From positions 26,474,001-26,538,000 of the forward strand of contig CM060733.1 of NCBI GenBank assembly GCA_030704615.1: a DNA stretch of 64,000 nucleotides, given 5' to 3'. The translations under genes were made by a program, and so were the position numbers. This document shows, one piece after another, positions 24,901-36,964 of this stretch; positions within the stretch are counted from its first letter, which is position 1, and each line of letters begins with the position of its first letter. Origin of the DNA: Takakia lepidozioides. Its lineage: Eukaryota > Plantae > Bryophyta. The notes under the pieces were generated by a model. The model had not been told where the DNA came from. It did not search any database and saw only the letters and a list, made by a program, of their open reading frames with translations.

Positions 24901-25596
24901 TGAACGTCTGCCGAAAGAGGAAGAGGCATCCTCGGAGGATGAGGAAAAATCCGAGAAGGAGCAGGGGAGGAAGTTGGGATCGAGGCCGAGGAGCCCCCGG
25001 TTTACGAGTGAGTGGTGGCATTGTAAGTTGCCTCCAGATTTTGTGAGGCACCTCCCTCCGCTCTCTTATTTCATTGAAAACCCTTTCTGGTTGTGCTGGT
25101 ATTGACATTCTTCAAGTGGATTTGTTCTTACTGTAGGATGCCAAGTACTGCCGGAGGGACGTCTACACCGGAGTTCATGGGCAGGAGGAACGTGCCTTTT
25201 TTTGCCAGGGGAGATTTCATGCCTAGTCCAGAAAGGGAGTACATCCTGCCTACTTATGCTGCCCGGCTTGCTTCGGTGTCCATTAGGAGGTGTTCCGAAC
25301 GTAGTCGTGTACAGCAGATTTTAGACGAGGCAAGCCTCAAGAAAATGAAGATGAGGGAGGAGGCAGCAGCTATTAGAGCCCGTCGGGCTCGTAGATTTGT
25401 GTTGGATTCTGCTGAGGAAAGTGGGGGAGAAGACGCAGAAGATTCCCAGGAGGTGAGGTGGACAGTCCCCCAAGGAGAGGACGGGATTTTTGAGAGGCAT
25501 AGTGGAACTGATGCATCACAGAGCTCGGAGGATGAGGGGGATGAGGGGGATGAGGAAGAAGGTGGGGCAAGTTCCTCGGAGGGTGTAGGAGAGTAG
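18970..25596 (+). CDS. Multi-exon gene: disordered N-terminus, ParB/Srx-like domain, beta-class N6A/N4C DNA methyltransferase-like domain, acidic tail (several 1-nt frameshifts)
   Basis: FYVWDGNHRLLAW at ~20777-20815 (ParB DGxHR motif) preceded by LRIPLCRL...VRP. CDMILLDIPDG at ~24098-24130 sits at the motif IV position. RSPAFIQTLMETCSDVQGRILDITCGT|GASMWAGTLSDRHVFAFEPD is joined across GT-AG intron 24726-24809 (motifs X-I-II). Approximate exons: 19502-20943, 21062-21252, 21354-21855, 21950-22164, 23248-24371, 24461-24725, 24810-25007, 25137-25596. The 5' exon and start are uncertain. Confidence 0.7.
22235..23220. repeat. Intronic tandem array, 95-bp monomer / 190-bp dimer
   Basis: Near-identical units start at 22381, 22571, 22761 and 22951. 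Each monomer has TGGAAATTCGGCGCC..TTCCAG and the hairpin AGGGACTTAGCC...CTAAGTCCCT. Confidence 0.92.
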
Positions 25597-26858
25597 TGCC
25601 CATTCCGGCTATGACAGTTAGAACACACTTGTATAGACGTGGCTTGCCACAAAATTTGCAATAAAATGTTGCATTTTAAGTCCACTGGTGCCACATTCCA
25701 ACTTCACATGACCCTATTTCCGTGCCTCCTAACCCTATTTCCGTGGACTCACAATGGTCTGCTCATGCTTTTTTTTTTTCCGCTCATGCTCATGCCGCTC
25801 ATGAAATAGCAGCCCCCTGTAACCCCATAGAATATTGCTGTCAGTGGTGTAACTCTAAGAATTATAAGTCGATGACTACAATGTGACTACAGGGTCTGGG
25901 TTAGTCTGCCGGGGTTACATGACCCTTCAATACAGAGTTGGAAGATGCTGAAGTCGAGCACCTTTAGTCACCAACACTAGCCCCTGTATGTGTAACCCCT
26001 CTATGTGTAACCCATGGACGTGTAATCCATGAGATAGATAATCATTCCGTTCAACCTATGTTATGGACCAGTGTAGCCCTCCGGAGTGTAACTTGTTGTT
26101 GTGTAACCCCAAGAAGTATGTATCCCGACCACATGTAACCCCCATTGATGTCACCCCATCGCATGTAACCCATTGTACAATTTGGGGTGCACGCTATAAA
26201 CCCCGATGCTACATCACCCCATCTTATGTATCCCCACGACACGTAGCCCTTGTATAGGCAACCCTACCCACTTTCATTGTGCACAATGTAACTTAGAACT
26301 GTGTAACCCTCTTGAGTGAGTGTAACCCAGAGTGTTGTAACTCCAAGAAGTATGTAGCCCGACCAGATGTTACCCCCACACTATTGTGACCCCATCGTAT
26401 GTAACCCATTGTACATAGCCCTCATGTATGTAACCCCATGTAGTATAAATCTGAGAACTTCAGTGCACAAACACTTCAGTGCGAAAAAAAATAAAAAATA
26501 AAACAAATGCGCATAGTCGAGGTGGGGTTACATGCCACGAAAGTATACTGTTTCAGCAACGTGACCCTGACATAGCCAGGAAGGCCCAACCATGTAACCC
26601 TAGGCCCATTGTATGTAACCCATAAGTATAACCCCACGTTGTGAGACCCGGCATGGTGTAACCCATCACTTATGTGTGAACCCACAGAGTGTAAGCCCAT
26701 TGCCCCAGGGCCCAAAGGTGTACCCAAGTACTTGTCTATGATTCCACTTCATGTAACCTTATAAGGTGTAACCCCATGTAAGCCCATTGCATGAAACCCA
26801 AACTGTGAAGTGTTACGAACAAACCACATAGAAGCAAAAATGCATCAAGAGACGCTAT

Positions 26859-28341
26859 TTATTTCTTTGGCCATCTGACCAAGTCTTTGTCCATCTCGTC
26901 ACACAGCCAACTAATCATATGAGTACGGGAAGCTATCATGGTTGACTCGTTGAACCAACTTGCAGTAAACGCCCGCCTATGACGGGTTCGATCTTCTGTG
27001 GTTTTCACATTGAACTTCCACTCCAAGTAAAATTGCACAAAACAAAGTGCATAATAGCCGCACTCCCAACAACTCCGTTGCTGGGGGACACTGGCCTCAA
27101 ACCATTCCATCCTCTCCATGACGTAACTGAAGTCATTAGATCCAGGCCTATGGCAAAATTTCGCAAAATTCCTTCAATGAGTTTGGGTCGGGCAATGGTT
27201 TTATGGGAGTCCAAATGTACTATCCGACCTCGGCGCTCTAAAACAGCAACACTCCAGTGATCACTGCAACACAAACAAAGCCGTTACGTCAGAATAGAAA
27301 AAAACATCTCCAATGAAACCCATTGTGGTGTAACCCGGCTGTGGTGTAACCCAGTAGTGTAACCCTTTGTACTATAACTCTAAACGGTGTTACACAACTA
27401 GTCAGCAGTCACTAGTGCAACTCAGTCTAGAATAGATGAGTGTAACCCAACATGCTCAGTCAACGCTGAAATTACTTACTCGAAGACAATAGGGATGACA
27501 ACCACGTCCACAAGATATCGATTCTTTGTAAACACCATCCCTCGGGCATCCTGAGTGTACCATTCTTGCACCAACCCGAATAGCGTCTGCAGATCGTTAC
27601 CATTGGTACGCATGACATGCCATTGGAAAGGAGCACAGATGACAAACTGAGGTGCGATAGCCTTAAACAATTTGGCCTCCAGAAGTTTGTTGTAACCCGA
27701 GAGCAATGCATTTGTGACAGTTGCTCTTATTTTATACATCGGCTCAAAATCTGTCTCTTCCAAGTAAAACTGTAACGGACTAGAAGCCAGGAAGGCATCG
27801 CCATAATAAAACTTCACTTCGGGCACCCCAGGAGGGTCCGTCACCATTCTGAACTTTGTCAAGTACCGTTGTTTTAGTCTGCACAACAAACCGCACATTA
27901 CGAACATTACGATGCATCATACAAGAGTTATAATCAATATTCAAAATCAGAGAGGATCAAAGTACAATGAGGTACCTCGAACGCTCCCGCAAGTGCTTGG
28001 CAAGGACCTCTTGCTGTTGGACAACGTCAACCTCCGAGACCCCTGCACTTTTGCCTTTTCGGTTTGGTTCGCTGTTTTTTGGGTGCGACAAGAACAGATA
28101 CTTCTTTGTCAGTGCTAGGGGGTTCAGCCAACCGCTTTCTTTGAGCAGGCGGCCGTTTTGACCTCCTGGGATTCTCTGCAACCCTGACAATGCCGCCGGT
28201 AGGGGGAATTTCTGAGCCAGAGGTGCCTTGTTCTGAGTTTGCTACAAGTGCTGAAGACTGCACTCCCTCGTCTGAGACGTGCTGGGGAGGTGATTGACCA
28301 AGGGCAGAAGTGTCACAGCTCACCTCCTCGGTGCTACCCCT
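26859..28341 (-). pseudogene. 3' half of the outer element's second gene: Ulp1/C48 SUMO-protease domain
   Basis: VVVIPIVFE|DHWSVAVL (His), IVHLDS (Asp) and VPQQRSCWECGYYALCFV (Gln/Cys) give the C48 triad order. Introns at about 27880-27975 and 27265-27478. Frameshifts near 28065 and 27120. Confidence 0.8.
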
Positions 28342-29455
28342 CACTAGAAGCATTCGTGTCATTTACCACTGGGGTAACGACTCATTTTGAGTCGTAAAAG
28401 TCAAAAAACAGGGATCGACTGGAAGTTACAACAGACGTGGTAGTTGGGTTGGACATCCAATGATTGGAGTGGTAAAGGACGTAGACGCGCGAACAACTGC
28501 TCAGCAATTAATGCGATTAATGCTGAAGAACCACGTGGCGTAACCAGGCGGGCCGCCCGTGTGTCTGATGTTTTGAGCTGACTTTGACTTTTCCCTCCGG
28601 ATGAGTGGACTGACTCACCTGGGGCGCGGTGACACATGGACGCGGACGTGGATGCCGACGTGGATGCCGATGTGGCGGCGCCGCGACGAGCGGCAATGCC
28701 GCCGCGTGGCCACGGGCTCAAGACGCCACATCGCAGTCGGCCACATAACTTGGAGTGCTGCATGTCACGTGGCAACAGCCACTGGCGAAGTCGACTGCAC
28801 AACTGCCGGCAGACGAATCCACGGGGACCACGTGGAGAGTGTGTGGGTCGACGCGTGGCGTCGTCCCCACGCAATGGCAGTGAGGGGTACGACTGCTAGT
28901 GGAAAGACGCAGAGTGCTTGTGCCATCTCGGGACTGCTTTGGCCAACTCCGCTGCCACTATGCTAGTTGGTTGCACTACAGTAGGAAAGCACTGCAAATG
29001 AGCACTTGTAGTGGTTTGTGTGAGTTGTCCAACTGACTTGCATTCTAAGCTGAAAATATGGTTCTGATGCATTCTACTGGTTTTAGTGGTTCACCCATAT
29101 GCAGGGGGAATTGAGAAGCAATGATACTGGGCGACACTCAGAACACAGACCACGATGCATGCACAACATCACGCTAATGAACCAAATAGACGAGGCAACA
29201 GGGAGACCAAAGACCATCACACATACACATAGAAGGTGGACGGACACGACGACAAGTCAGGAAATGGAATATTGCATTCAAATTGGAGACCGTCACGGCA
29301 CACCTGCATATGAGCAAGACTAAATGCCAACATACATGGTTGCCGGACATCACTTAAACTGTCATGGCCCAAATGTACAAAACTGGTAACGTGAGTATCA
29401 TACACACTTCTATGAGTATCATTACACACCCAACAGGGACTACAAACATGAAATG

Positions 29456-32400
29456 TCACTTGATACCTTCACCCCTCCTCATACTCTTCTCTGGCCACAG
29501 AGTCACCGTGCTTTCACGTGCGCTAGTGTGGTCTGGGGGGGGGGCATCGTCCACATTTGGGCAAGGCAGTGTAACACTTGGAAGCATGATCTCGTGGACT
29601 TTCACCTTGTACCACCCGGATGGAATGTCCTTGCAGTGGAACTTGTCAACCCCGGCTATTCCCACCACTTCCGCCTTGGCGGCGGCTGTCTTTGACCGCT
29701 TGTCATGGGGGTTCAGGAGAAACACAGGATCTGATATCTGCAGACACCAACATCAGGGTCCACTCAGCAACAAACATAGCAATGACAGGGTGAAAGTCAA
29801 GCGCAGCTGGGCATGGAAACGATCTTGGTTGCCACAATACTGAATCAGCAGCAAATTCATGGTGTACCAACCTACCTTGAAGCGAAGCTCGTCGCTGAGG
29901 GTGGCAACTGAGGAAAGCTGCCCACGTGTCTTCAACTGCAGCAGCAAAAAGAGGTTTAGTCAGACGGATAAGAATAACATGAACTCTGGTGGTTGCAATG
30001 GTATAAACACACCTCCACGGAGCAAGCTAACTTACACCCTGCTCAGACCGTGCACACTACAACCTCCTGGCAAAAATAACCCTACTAAAAACCAGCCAGG
30101 CAAAGCAAGGAGCCATGAATGCATGCCTGGGGAACCACGTCCTGCTGCGATGATGGTGCCGGGGACAGCCCACTCCTCTTGCTCACCTGCAATGAATACA
30201 CATTGCAACGCTTCAGGAAGTGTATCCATAAAGGAAACCAACCAAGTAAGTTTGCGGAGAGGGGCTGGGAACAACCATACCTTGGAGCCTGCCTCCTCAT
30301 GCCGGGGGGGGAATCCGGAATGCTGCCGCCGTAGCACTATGGTCCTTGGCGCAGGACCCACCTTCTTCACAGACGACCCCACTGCCACTCCCTGTACATG
30401 TGGTCCCTGCAAAACATATAGTGCCAGCCTTGCGTGAGAGGGCATCCGGGGGGAACAAAACAAACATATCTTATCCATCGATGTCATGTTGCAAACAGTA
30501 AGGTTAGTTTCACCTGCATGGGCGCAGAAGTACTTCCCCCAACGACCCCATCCTCTCCCACATTCAAGCTGCCAGTCGGGGTCAGCTTCCGCGTGCTTGT
30601 GAAGACACGCACATCCTTGGAGCAAAACAAATCTTGGCAGTAGGGCCAGACTGTTTCTAAAAGGTACTCTGAATCGGGCCCCTCACTGACATTGCTAGTG
30701 ACATCAAACGACAATGGATGGACCATGTTCAAAGGGGAGTTCCCCCTCCCCTTGTGTGGTGAATCATCCACTAGGAGGGTGTTGGATTCGTTAAATCCAG
30801 AAAATTCCGACCACACCCTCGACAGTCTCTTCTGTAAGTTCTGTACGGCAGGCCCTTTTGTGGGGTGTGGCTCTGTCAAGGGGTCACACTCCTCTTGTGA
30901 CCACACAAAGAGGGGAGAACCCTTGACCCCCTGCATCACCACTTTGAAGATGTCTGCAACATTCCCCTTGGAAGCACAGGACCATATCCCAACGTAGAAA
31001 TGCCGGAAGAGAAGGTTTAAAAACTCGCAGACCTGGGGCCTTGGGAAAACATACTTGTTGGTGGTCAACACCCATGGCCAATGACGCCTCGGGTTGGGCT
31101 GAAAGTTAGGAATAGAGTGGCACAGGATCCCGTTCAGGTCTAGAACAATTAGTTTCGACTTTTCTATGAAAGGAGCTTTTGAAGGGGTGTCACGGGGTCT
31201 CACCTCAGTGGGTTGGGAGACAACAGTCACCCCGGAGGGCAAAGTTTCGGTCCCCCTGCAGCCTGGACCAGGCAAACTACCACCCTCTCCCCCTACAGCT
31301 TCCCCTTTTCCCTTGATAGAATGAGCAATGACCCCCCCATCGTCCATGTCATCCCCACCAACTCGCTGGACCTCTCCCTCTTCAACGAGTGGACCCTGCC
31401 CCCCACTGTGAATATCATCAACAACAGGCTGGACCTCTGTCACATCCCTACCCACTACAATTACTTCCTCCTTCTCAGGTACAATGGTCGCAGCAGGGGG
31501 GTCTTCCATAATGCCACCCGTCACACCCCCTTTTTGCCTCATCATGAGTTCCACTATCTTCTTCAGTTGTGCTTCCATTCCCCTCTCCCGCTCCGCAGAG
31601 AGAGCCGCAAGCCTCTCCAGGGCCCCGATGCGGGCTGCCATTGAGTTCCCCGCTCCCTACGCATACAAACACCCACCCGTACTGTTAAAAACCAGAAGAA
31701 GAGGCCGAATGTGCAGGATTTCAGGCATTCGGAGATGGCTGGGTTTGGCATAACACCCCTCGTGTACCATGCGTGGGGGCCCCACATACCCACCAAATCT
31801 TAGTACAACAACAGATTCATGAATGGAAACCGGACTTCAAAACATACCTGGCTCAAAACAGACTCTGATGGGGTGCCAGTCGCATAGTTCTTTTGCTCCG
31901 CCCCGAGCTCGGACAGTGACGGGCTCCGCGCTTTGCGTCTTTTCTGTATTTGCCCATCCACACACTGTCAGTACAAAATGCCAGGAGCATATGGACAAAG
32001 CACTGCCCTGCATATCACATAACAACTAATTCTGCACAAGCAATAAAACCCACTCGTGGGTGTCTCTTCCATCAGAACATGCCACAACGTAGGAGCAATG
32101 AGAAGGGGGTGAGGAGATTACCAAACGGGCTGCTTGGCCTGCAACTCCTGCCCGGCCCCAACGCGAGGGGTTCGTGACACAAGCACGCGCTTGCTTCATC
32201 CCTTCAGCCTTTGCAAGTCCACGAGGGGACTCCCAGTAGGCAACAAGCTTATCCCAATAGGCGGGTTCAGTGTTCATTGGCCTCACACCAGTCTTTGCCC
32301 ATTTATCTTTCAGTTTTGCTCTTTCTCCTTTCATTATCTTCCCACATTGCTTCACTATAAAATCACGATTGGCAGGGATAGGTCTGTACTCGTACATTCC

Positions 32401-35400
32401 ATTTATGCCCTCTATTACTGTTGACATGGCACTCTGGGACTGCTGGTCAATGTCTTGTACGCTTGAGTCAAGGTAACGCAATGCCAGGCCACGCAAATCA
32501 CGCTGCCAGTGTTCCTTACCTTCGCAGCCAACATTGATGACTCCATTTCCATGCACCTCCACCTTGTGGCGCTTTAGCCCTGCAGCCACCCTTCCCTCTC
32601 CATCTCCTTCCCATTGTTTCATGGCATGGCGTCGTTCCTTCCTCAGCTCTGATGTCCGTTTCCTGCCCCCATGCTCTGGAGCAGCGCCGTCATACGTTGT
32701 GGGGGGTGACTGATGTGTGCCGGAGGGGGGAGGGCCGTATGGAGATGTGGGAGGCCCCCATTGTGACGTGCCAGCATCAGGAAGCCAGCGCCACGACCCC
32801 GAAGCAGGGGGGCTCCCCATGGTGCACTCTGTTGTGGAGACCATGCGGCAGGGGGTGGGTGCCAAGGTTGGTGTTGGTTGGCATTGTGTGGTGGCTGTGA
32901 GTGCTTTGCTGCAGCTTCACTCCCCTTCCGCTGCCAAAAACATCCCACACACAAGGTGCATCAGCTGTAGTCCTACTGAACACAACGTCACCAGAGCACA
33001 ACTATGGATTGGCTGACCTCAAACCCACTCCCCTGCAGCGCAAGTGCCAAAAACTGAAAAGGAGAGGGACAGAATGTCCTCATAACATGTAAGGCCATTC
33101 ATTGGTGAAGAAACATAATGTGGGCGGGTTCACATCAGTACCATCATACACACTTACCAGGAAACAGAACATCCATCTGGGTTTTGCACATAGGGAGTGG
33201 ACATCTATTCACACAATCAGCAAATGGCTGTATGGCGGAGCCCAGCATCGGAGCCCCAAAAGGCCTAAAGACTCTCAATGTTTGTAAACACAGGTGCAGA
33301 CACAATTCAATTGATAGCTTGGATATCCGGTGGTCTGTATGGTGATAGCACCCCGGGCAGTGAGTCAGACAATGACCCTATGACGTTGGTAGTAAGACTT
33401 ACCTTCGTATAAAGCATTGATCCGGGTTTTCCAGATATCCTCTAGAAATCCCTTCACACAAGCATCAATCTGCTGTGTGTGATTTGCCCAAAAACTAGGC
33501 CTCAGGAGGGCCTGGGCTTTTGGCTCAGCCTCGAGTCTTTCAAAGTTGGTAAACAGGGGTACAGGCACAATTCCCTTGATAGAATTGAAGAGAGCGTCTC
33601 TTTGGTGAGAGAACCCCGGACAGCGTATCAGAAAATGAATACTGTCTTCAGATTGCCCACACAACGGACAATTGCACTCTCCCTTTCCGATCTGCTTCTG
33701 TTTGCTGTTCAAAGGTAGGCTTCCTGCCCTGAGTTTAAATTTCAGTCTAGTGCCGAGAGTGGGTGGACCCTTCAGGTCATCCAAGATGTCCACCCCCATG
33801 TCACTGACTGGAAACAAGTTCAGGGAAGTTCTCTGCCTAACTTCATTTTCATCAGACAATCTCATGGCAACAGACATGGCTTCAGACACTACAGCCTGTA
33901 AGGCAGATTTATCCAGCAGGGTCAAGACTTGCGGATCCAGGTCCAGGTCCTTGAGAATCTTTTCTACTCTCTTCTGCCAGGACTTAGTCTGTTTGACAGG
34001 GCGGTCCTGTTTCCAAGATTTAGAGTCGATCAACTTAGGATATCTGGTGTTGGGCATATGTTGCAGCTGACCCCACCATCTGACCTTGAATTCATCTCGT
34101 CGGGAGCTTAAGGATGGGATGCCAAACTCACCCCCGAACAGCCACATTGGCTGTTTTCTCCATGCTGACATACACTCCTTAAGCACCCCCACTTGAATGG
34201 ATTCTAGAGACTTAGCCTGGTTGGAGTTATCAACCCATATAGCAGATCCGTACTCCAAGGCAGGTCTAATAACGCGACAAAGCATGGTTTTCTTAACCTC
34301 AGAGATGACCCCTCTGCAGTGGAAAAATTTAGTGAGCCCCAGAGCTTTGCCCTTGCCAGTTTGAACAACTTTCCGTATATGTGCATCCCAATTACAATTG
34401 GAGGAAAACTCAACGCCTAGGTAAGTGTAGGAAGGGAGGACCGGGATCTCTTGGCTACCCCACTGCCACTTAAGATCACTTCCTCCCTCTCCTCTGTCGT
34501 TGATTGCTACCACTGCACATTTCTGCCTAACTTCATTTTCTGCCCAATCACATCTCCTCTACGCTGATGATGTTGCCCTTTTGGCACAATCCCCGGTCTT
34601 TCTGCAACGCCATCTCTAAATTTTGGAACAGTTCTGCAAAGACTATGGGATGCAAGTCAATCTTAGCAAGACCAAGATCATGGTCTTCAATGGCCAGGCT
34701 GATCGTAGATTCATCTTCAACCAGCAGGAAATTGAGATTGTCAAATCATACCGGTACCTAGGTCTGGTTATCCACTCCCCCAAGTTTCACTTTGCAGCCA
34801 CTGCCTTGGACAGATTGACTAAAGGTAAGGCGGCCTCCGTCCGCCTTCACGCCAAATGCAAGCAAATACATGTGCGGCATCCCCCGACCAAAAAGTGTCT
34901 GTTTGACACCGTCGTCAGCCCTGCTACCATCTATGGTTGTGAGTTCTGGGCACCTGGTGTCCCTGTCTCCTGGTGGGAAAAGATTTTGGAACCATTACAG
35001 TCATCTTTTCTCCAAGCAATGCTTGGCGCCAGGAGCACAACTCCCTCTCAGATCCTAGGTGCAGAGTTCGCATGTGTACCATTGCAATCCGAGGCACAGT
35101 TCAGGCTTACAATCTGTGAGGAATAGATTGCAGGCCCTTCCACCCAAAGGGCTAGTGGCAAGGGCCCTCACAACATCTATGAGGCTCAAAGCTGCAGGTT
35201 TCGGGAACTCCTGGTATGCTCGAGTGGACAGTTTATTTCAACGTAACGGACTTTCTACTACTTTCCTATTACCAATGAACCCAGATGAGGTGGACATCAC
35301 ATCCACACATGACCGCAACAGACTCATTCGGAGAGAGCTTATGGAATTACATGTGAAGAGAACTTGGATGCTACCCAATCTCACAACAAAGCTCCACTTC

Positions 35401-36047
35401 TATCGAGAGACATTCTTGGTGCTCCGCGATGATAGAATCTTGAGACCAAATTACCTTTCAGCACCCTTAGCTCCTTCCCTCCTGAGGGCATTGGGGCAGT
35501 TCAGGGTGGGTTCCCACAACCTACGGATAGAGACTGGCAGATGGGAAAACCTGCAACGGGAGGACCGCCTATGTCCAGCTTGCATAGGGCGCAGCAAGGA
35601 AATTGAAACTGAAGAACACTTCTTCTTCTACTGCCCTCTATACTACGAGATCCGATTGAACAACTTTATGGATATGTGCATCCCAGTTTCAGTTTCAGGA
35701 GAACTCAACGCCCATAGAACATGAACAGAAGTAGGGGTAGAACTCACCTCATGCGCAGCGGGTTTGTGCCGTTTGCGCACCTTTTGGAGAGACTCTGCAG
35801 ATGGAGGTGCAATTTCCGCCGAACTGTCCTCCACCTCATCGTCGTCGCCCATGCTATAGTCGCTTGTGTCAGAATCCGAACTGGAAGACCGCCCACTGCT
35901 CTGCCTTCCCTCTCGCACCGACGCCATCTGTACCAGATTCAGTCGAGCCAGGCGGGGGCTCCTTCGCACCGCGGGGCTGGAATGTGCACAAGTGGGAGGA
36001 GGTGATGCTGCCTCGGCGGTCGACCGCTTCTTACTAGGCGTGGACAT
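29456..36047 (-). CDS. CACTA TnpA/ORF2-like multi-exon gene containing an FCP1/NIF (HAD) phosphatase-like domain; exon structure approximate
   Basis: Putative exon 1 36047-35748 (MSTPSKKRS...HE|GTGAGT). RAKLKDKW...P...YWDKLVAYWESP...AEGMKQARA is Ptta/En-Spm type. KLIVLDLNGILC, FPRPQVCEFL, VGIWSCAS and NTLLVDDSPHKG are NIF-type. FHCKDIPSGWYKVKVHEI...LPCP...TLW is an ORF2 C-terminal type motif. Confidence 0.6.
33365..34520 (-). mobile_element. LINE ORF2 3' fragment (post-RT thumb region and CCHC zinc knuckle)
   Basis: YTYLGVEF, IRPALEYGSAIW, KLRAGSLPL, CPLCGQSEDSIHFLIRCP. Confidence 0.85.
34545..35680 (+). mobile_element. Second, different LINE ORF2 fragment (YADD to zinc knuckle), back-to-back with the first
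   Basis: HLLYADDVALL, GMQVNLSKTKIMVF, YRYLGL, YGCEFW, FRVGSHNLRIETGRW, CPAC...ETEEHFFFYCPLY. Frameshifted. Confidence 0.85.
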
Positions 36048-36964
36048 AGACCATGACAAAGATGAAGACGAGCGAGGACATAGACCATGAGCAAGACAAA
36101 GACGAGCGAGGAAGACCAAGACATGCAAAGGAGGAAAGAAGGACAAGGAGGGGAGTGTGATCACACACCCCCCGAGCTCAAGGTGAAGATCCGGCCGTTG
36201 TTGATTTCAAATATGAACACGTGTCGTGCATCCGACACTATGGCCTTTTCGACTTTGAGACGTTAAACCCTAAACCACTTACAGTCCTCCAGACAACTAG
36301 ATGTAGTGATTCACACAACTGACATTTGGTTGGCCTGTTATGCAGGCTTGTTCTGTAATCTCCAGTGGACATCATACAGTTTCTTTGTTTCTTTCATTTT
36401 TTGTAATGCTTGAACAGTTCATATCCTCAATGTCTTATTGCAGTCCAGGCTTCAAGCAAATGAGAGGTAGTCCTGGTAGGATGGTCAATGTCCTTAAAAG
36501 CGGCCTTGTCTATTATCCATCCAAAAACTAAAGGTCTCATCTATCATGGTTAATATATGCTTGGATAAGAAAATGACTCGGTATGTCTTCTTTTTCACAA
36601 TCACGGGGAGGGTTACCTCGACTCACTAGCTGATCTCTTAGCACAATTGACACCAAGCCCTTGACACGGTTTTCATGTGCATGTCAGCATGCTCCAAAAC
36701 AGCCAATGTGGCTGTTCGGGGCGAGTTTGGCATTCGTTCCTTAAGCTCCCGACGACATAAATTCAAGGTCAGATGGTGGGGCCAGTTGCAACAATGAACC
36801 GATATTAGCCTTGAGTAGTTCTCTGACTCTTTGTGGGCCCTTCTATGGTTATTTGTTTGTTGTTCTACTCCTTGTGGCCCTTTAGGAATCCCACAGACGT
36901 GATACACATATCTCTTTCCTCACTTTCGGTCCTTCACTGACTACCAGAAATGTCACACCGTATG

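Larger units (their letters stand above)
11140..25817. mobile_element. Nested 14,678-bp TIR DNA transposon (MULE-related DDE-SWIM) carrying a ParB-methyltransferase gene
   Basis: Left end GAGGTTTGCTATTTCATGAGC; right end reads GGGGGCTGCTATTTCATGAGC on the - strand. CATGAGCGG subterminal repeats at both ends. Exact 8-bp TSD TGTAACCC (11132-11139, 25818-25825). The ATTCGGCGCC motif is confined to this interval. Confidence 0.85.

Noticed and set aside
19283-25596. Bacterial or phage contamination explaining the ParB-MTase gene
   Set aside because: The gene has multiple GT-AG introns, one inside the SAM-binding motif, and lies within a TSD-bounded element contiguous with plant genes.
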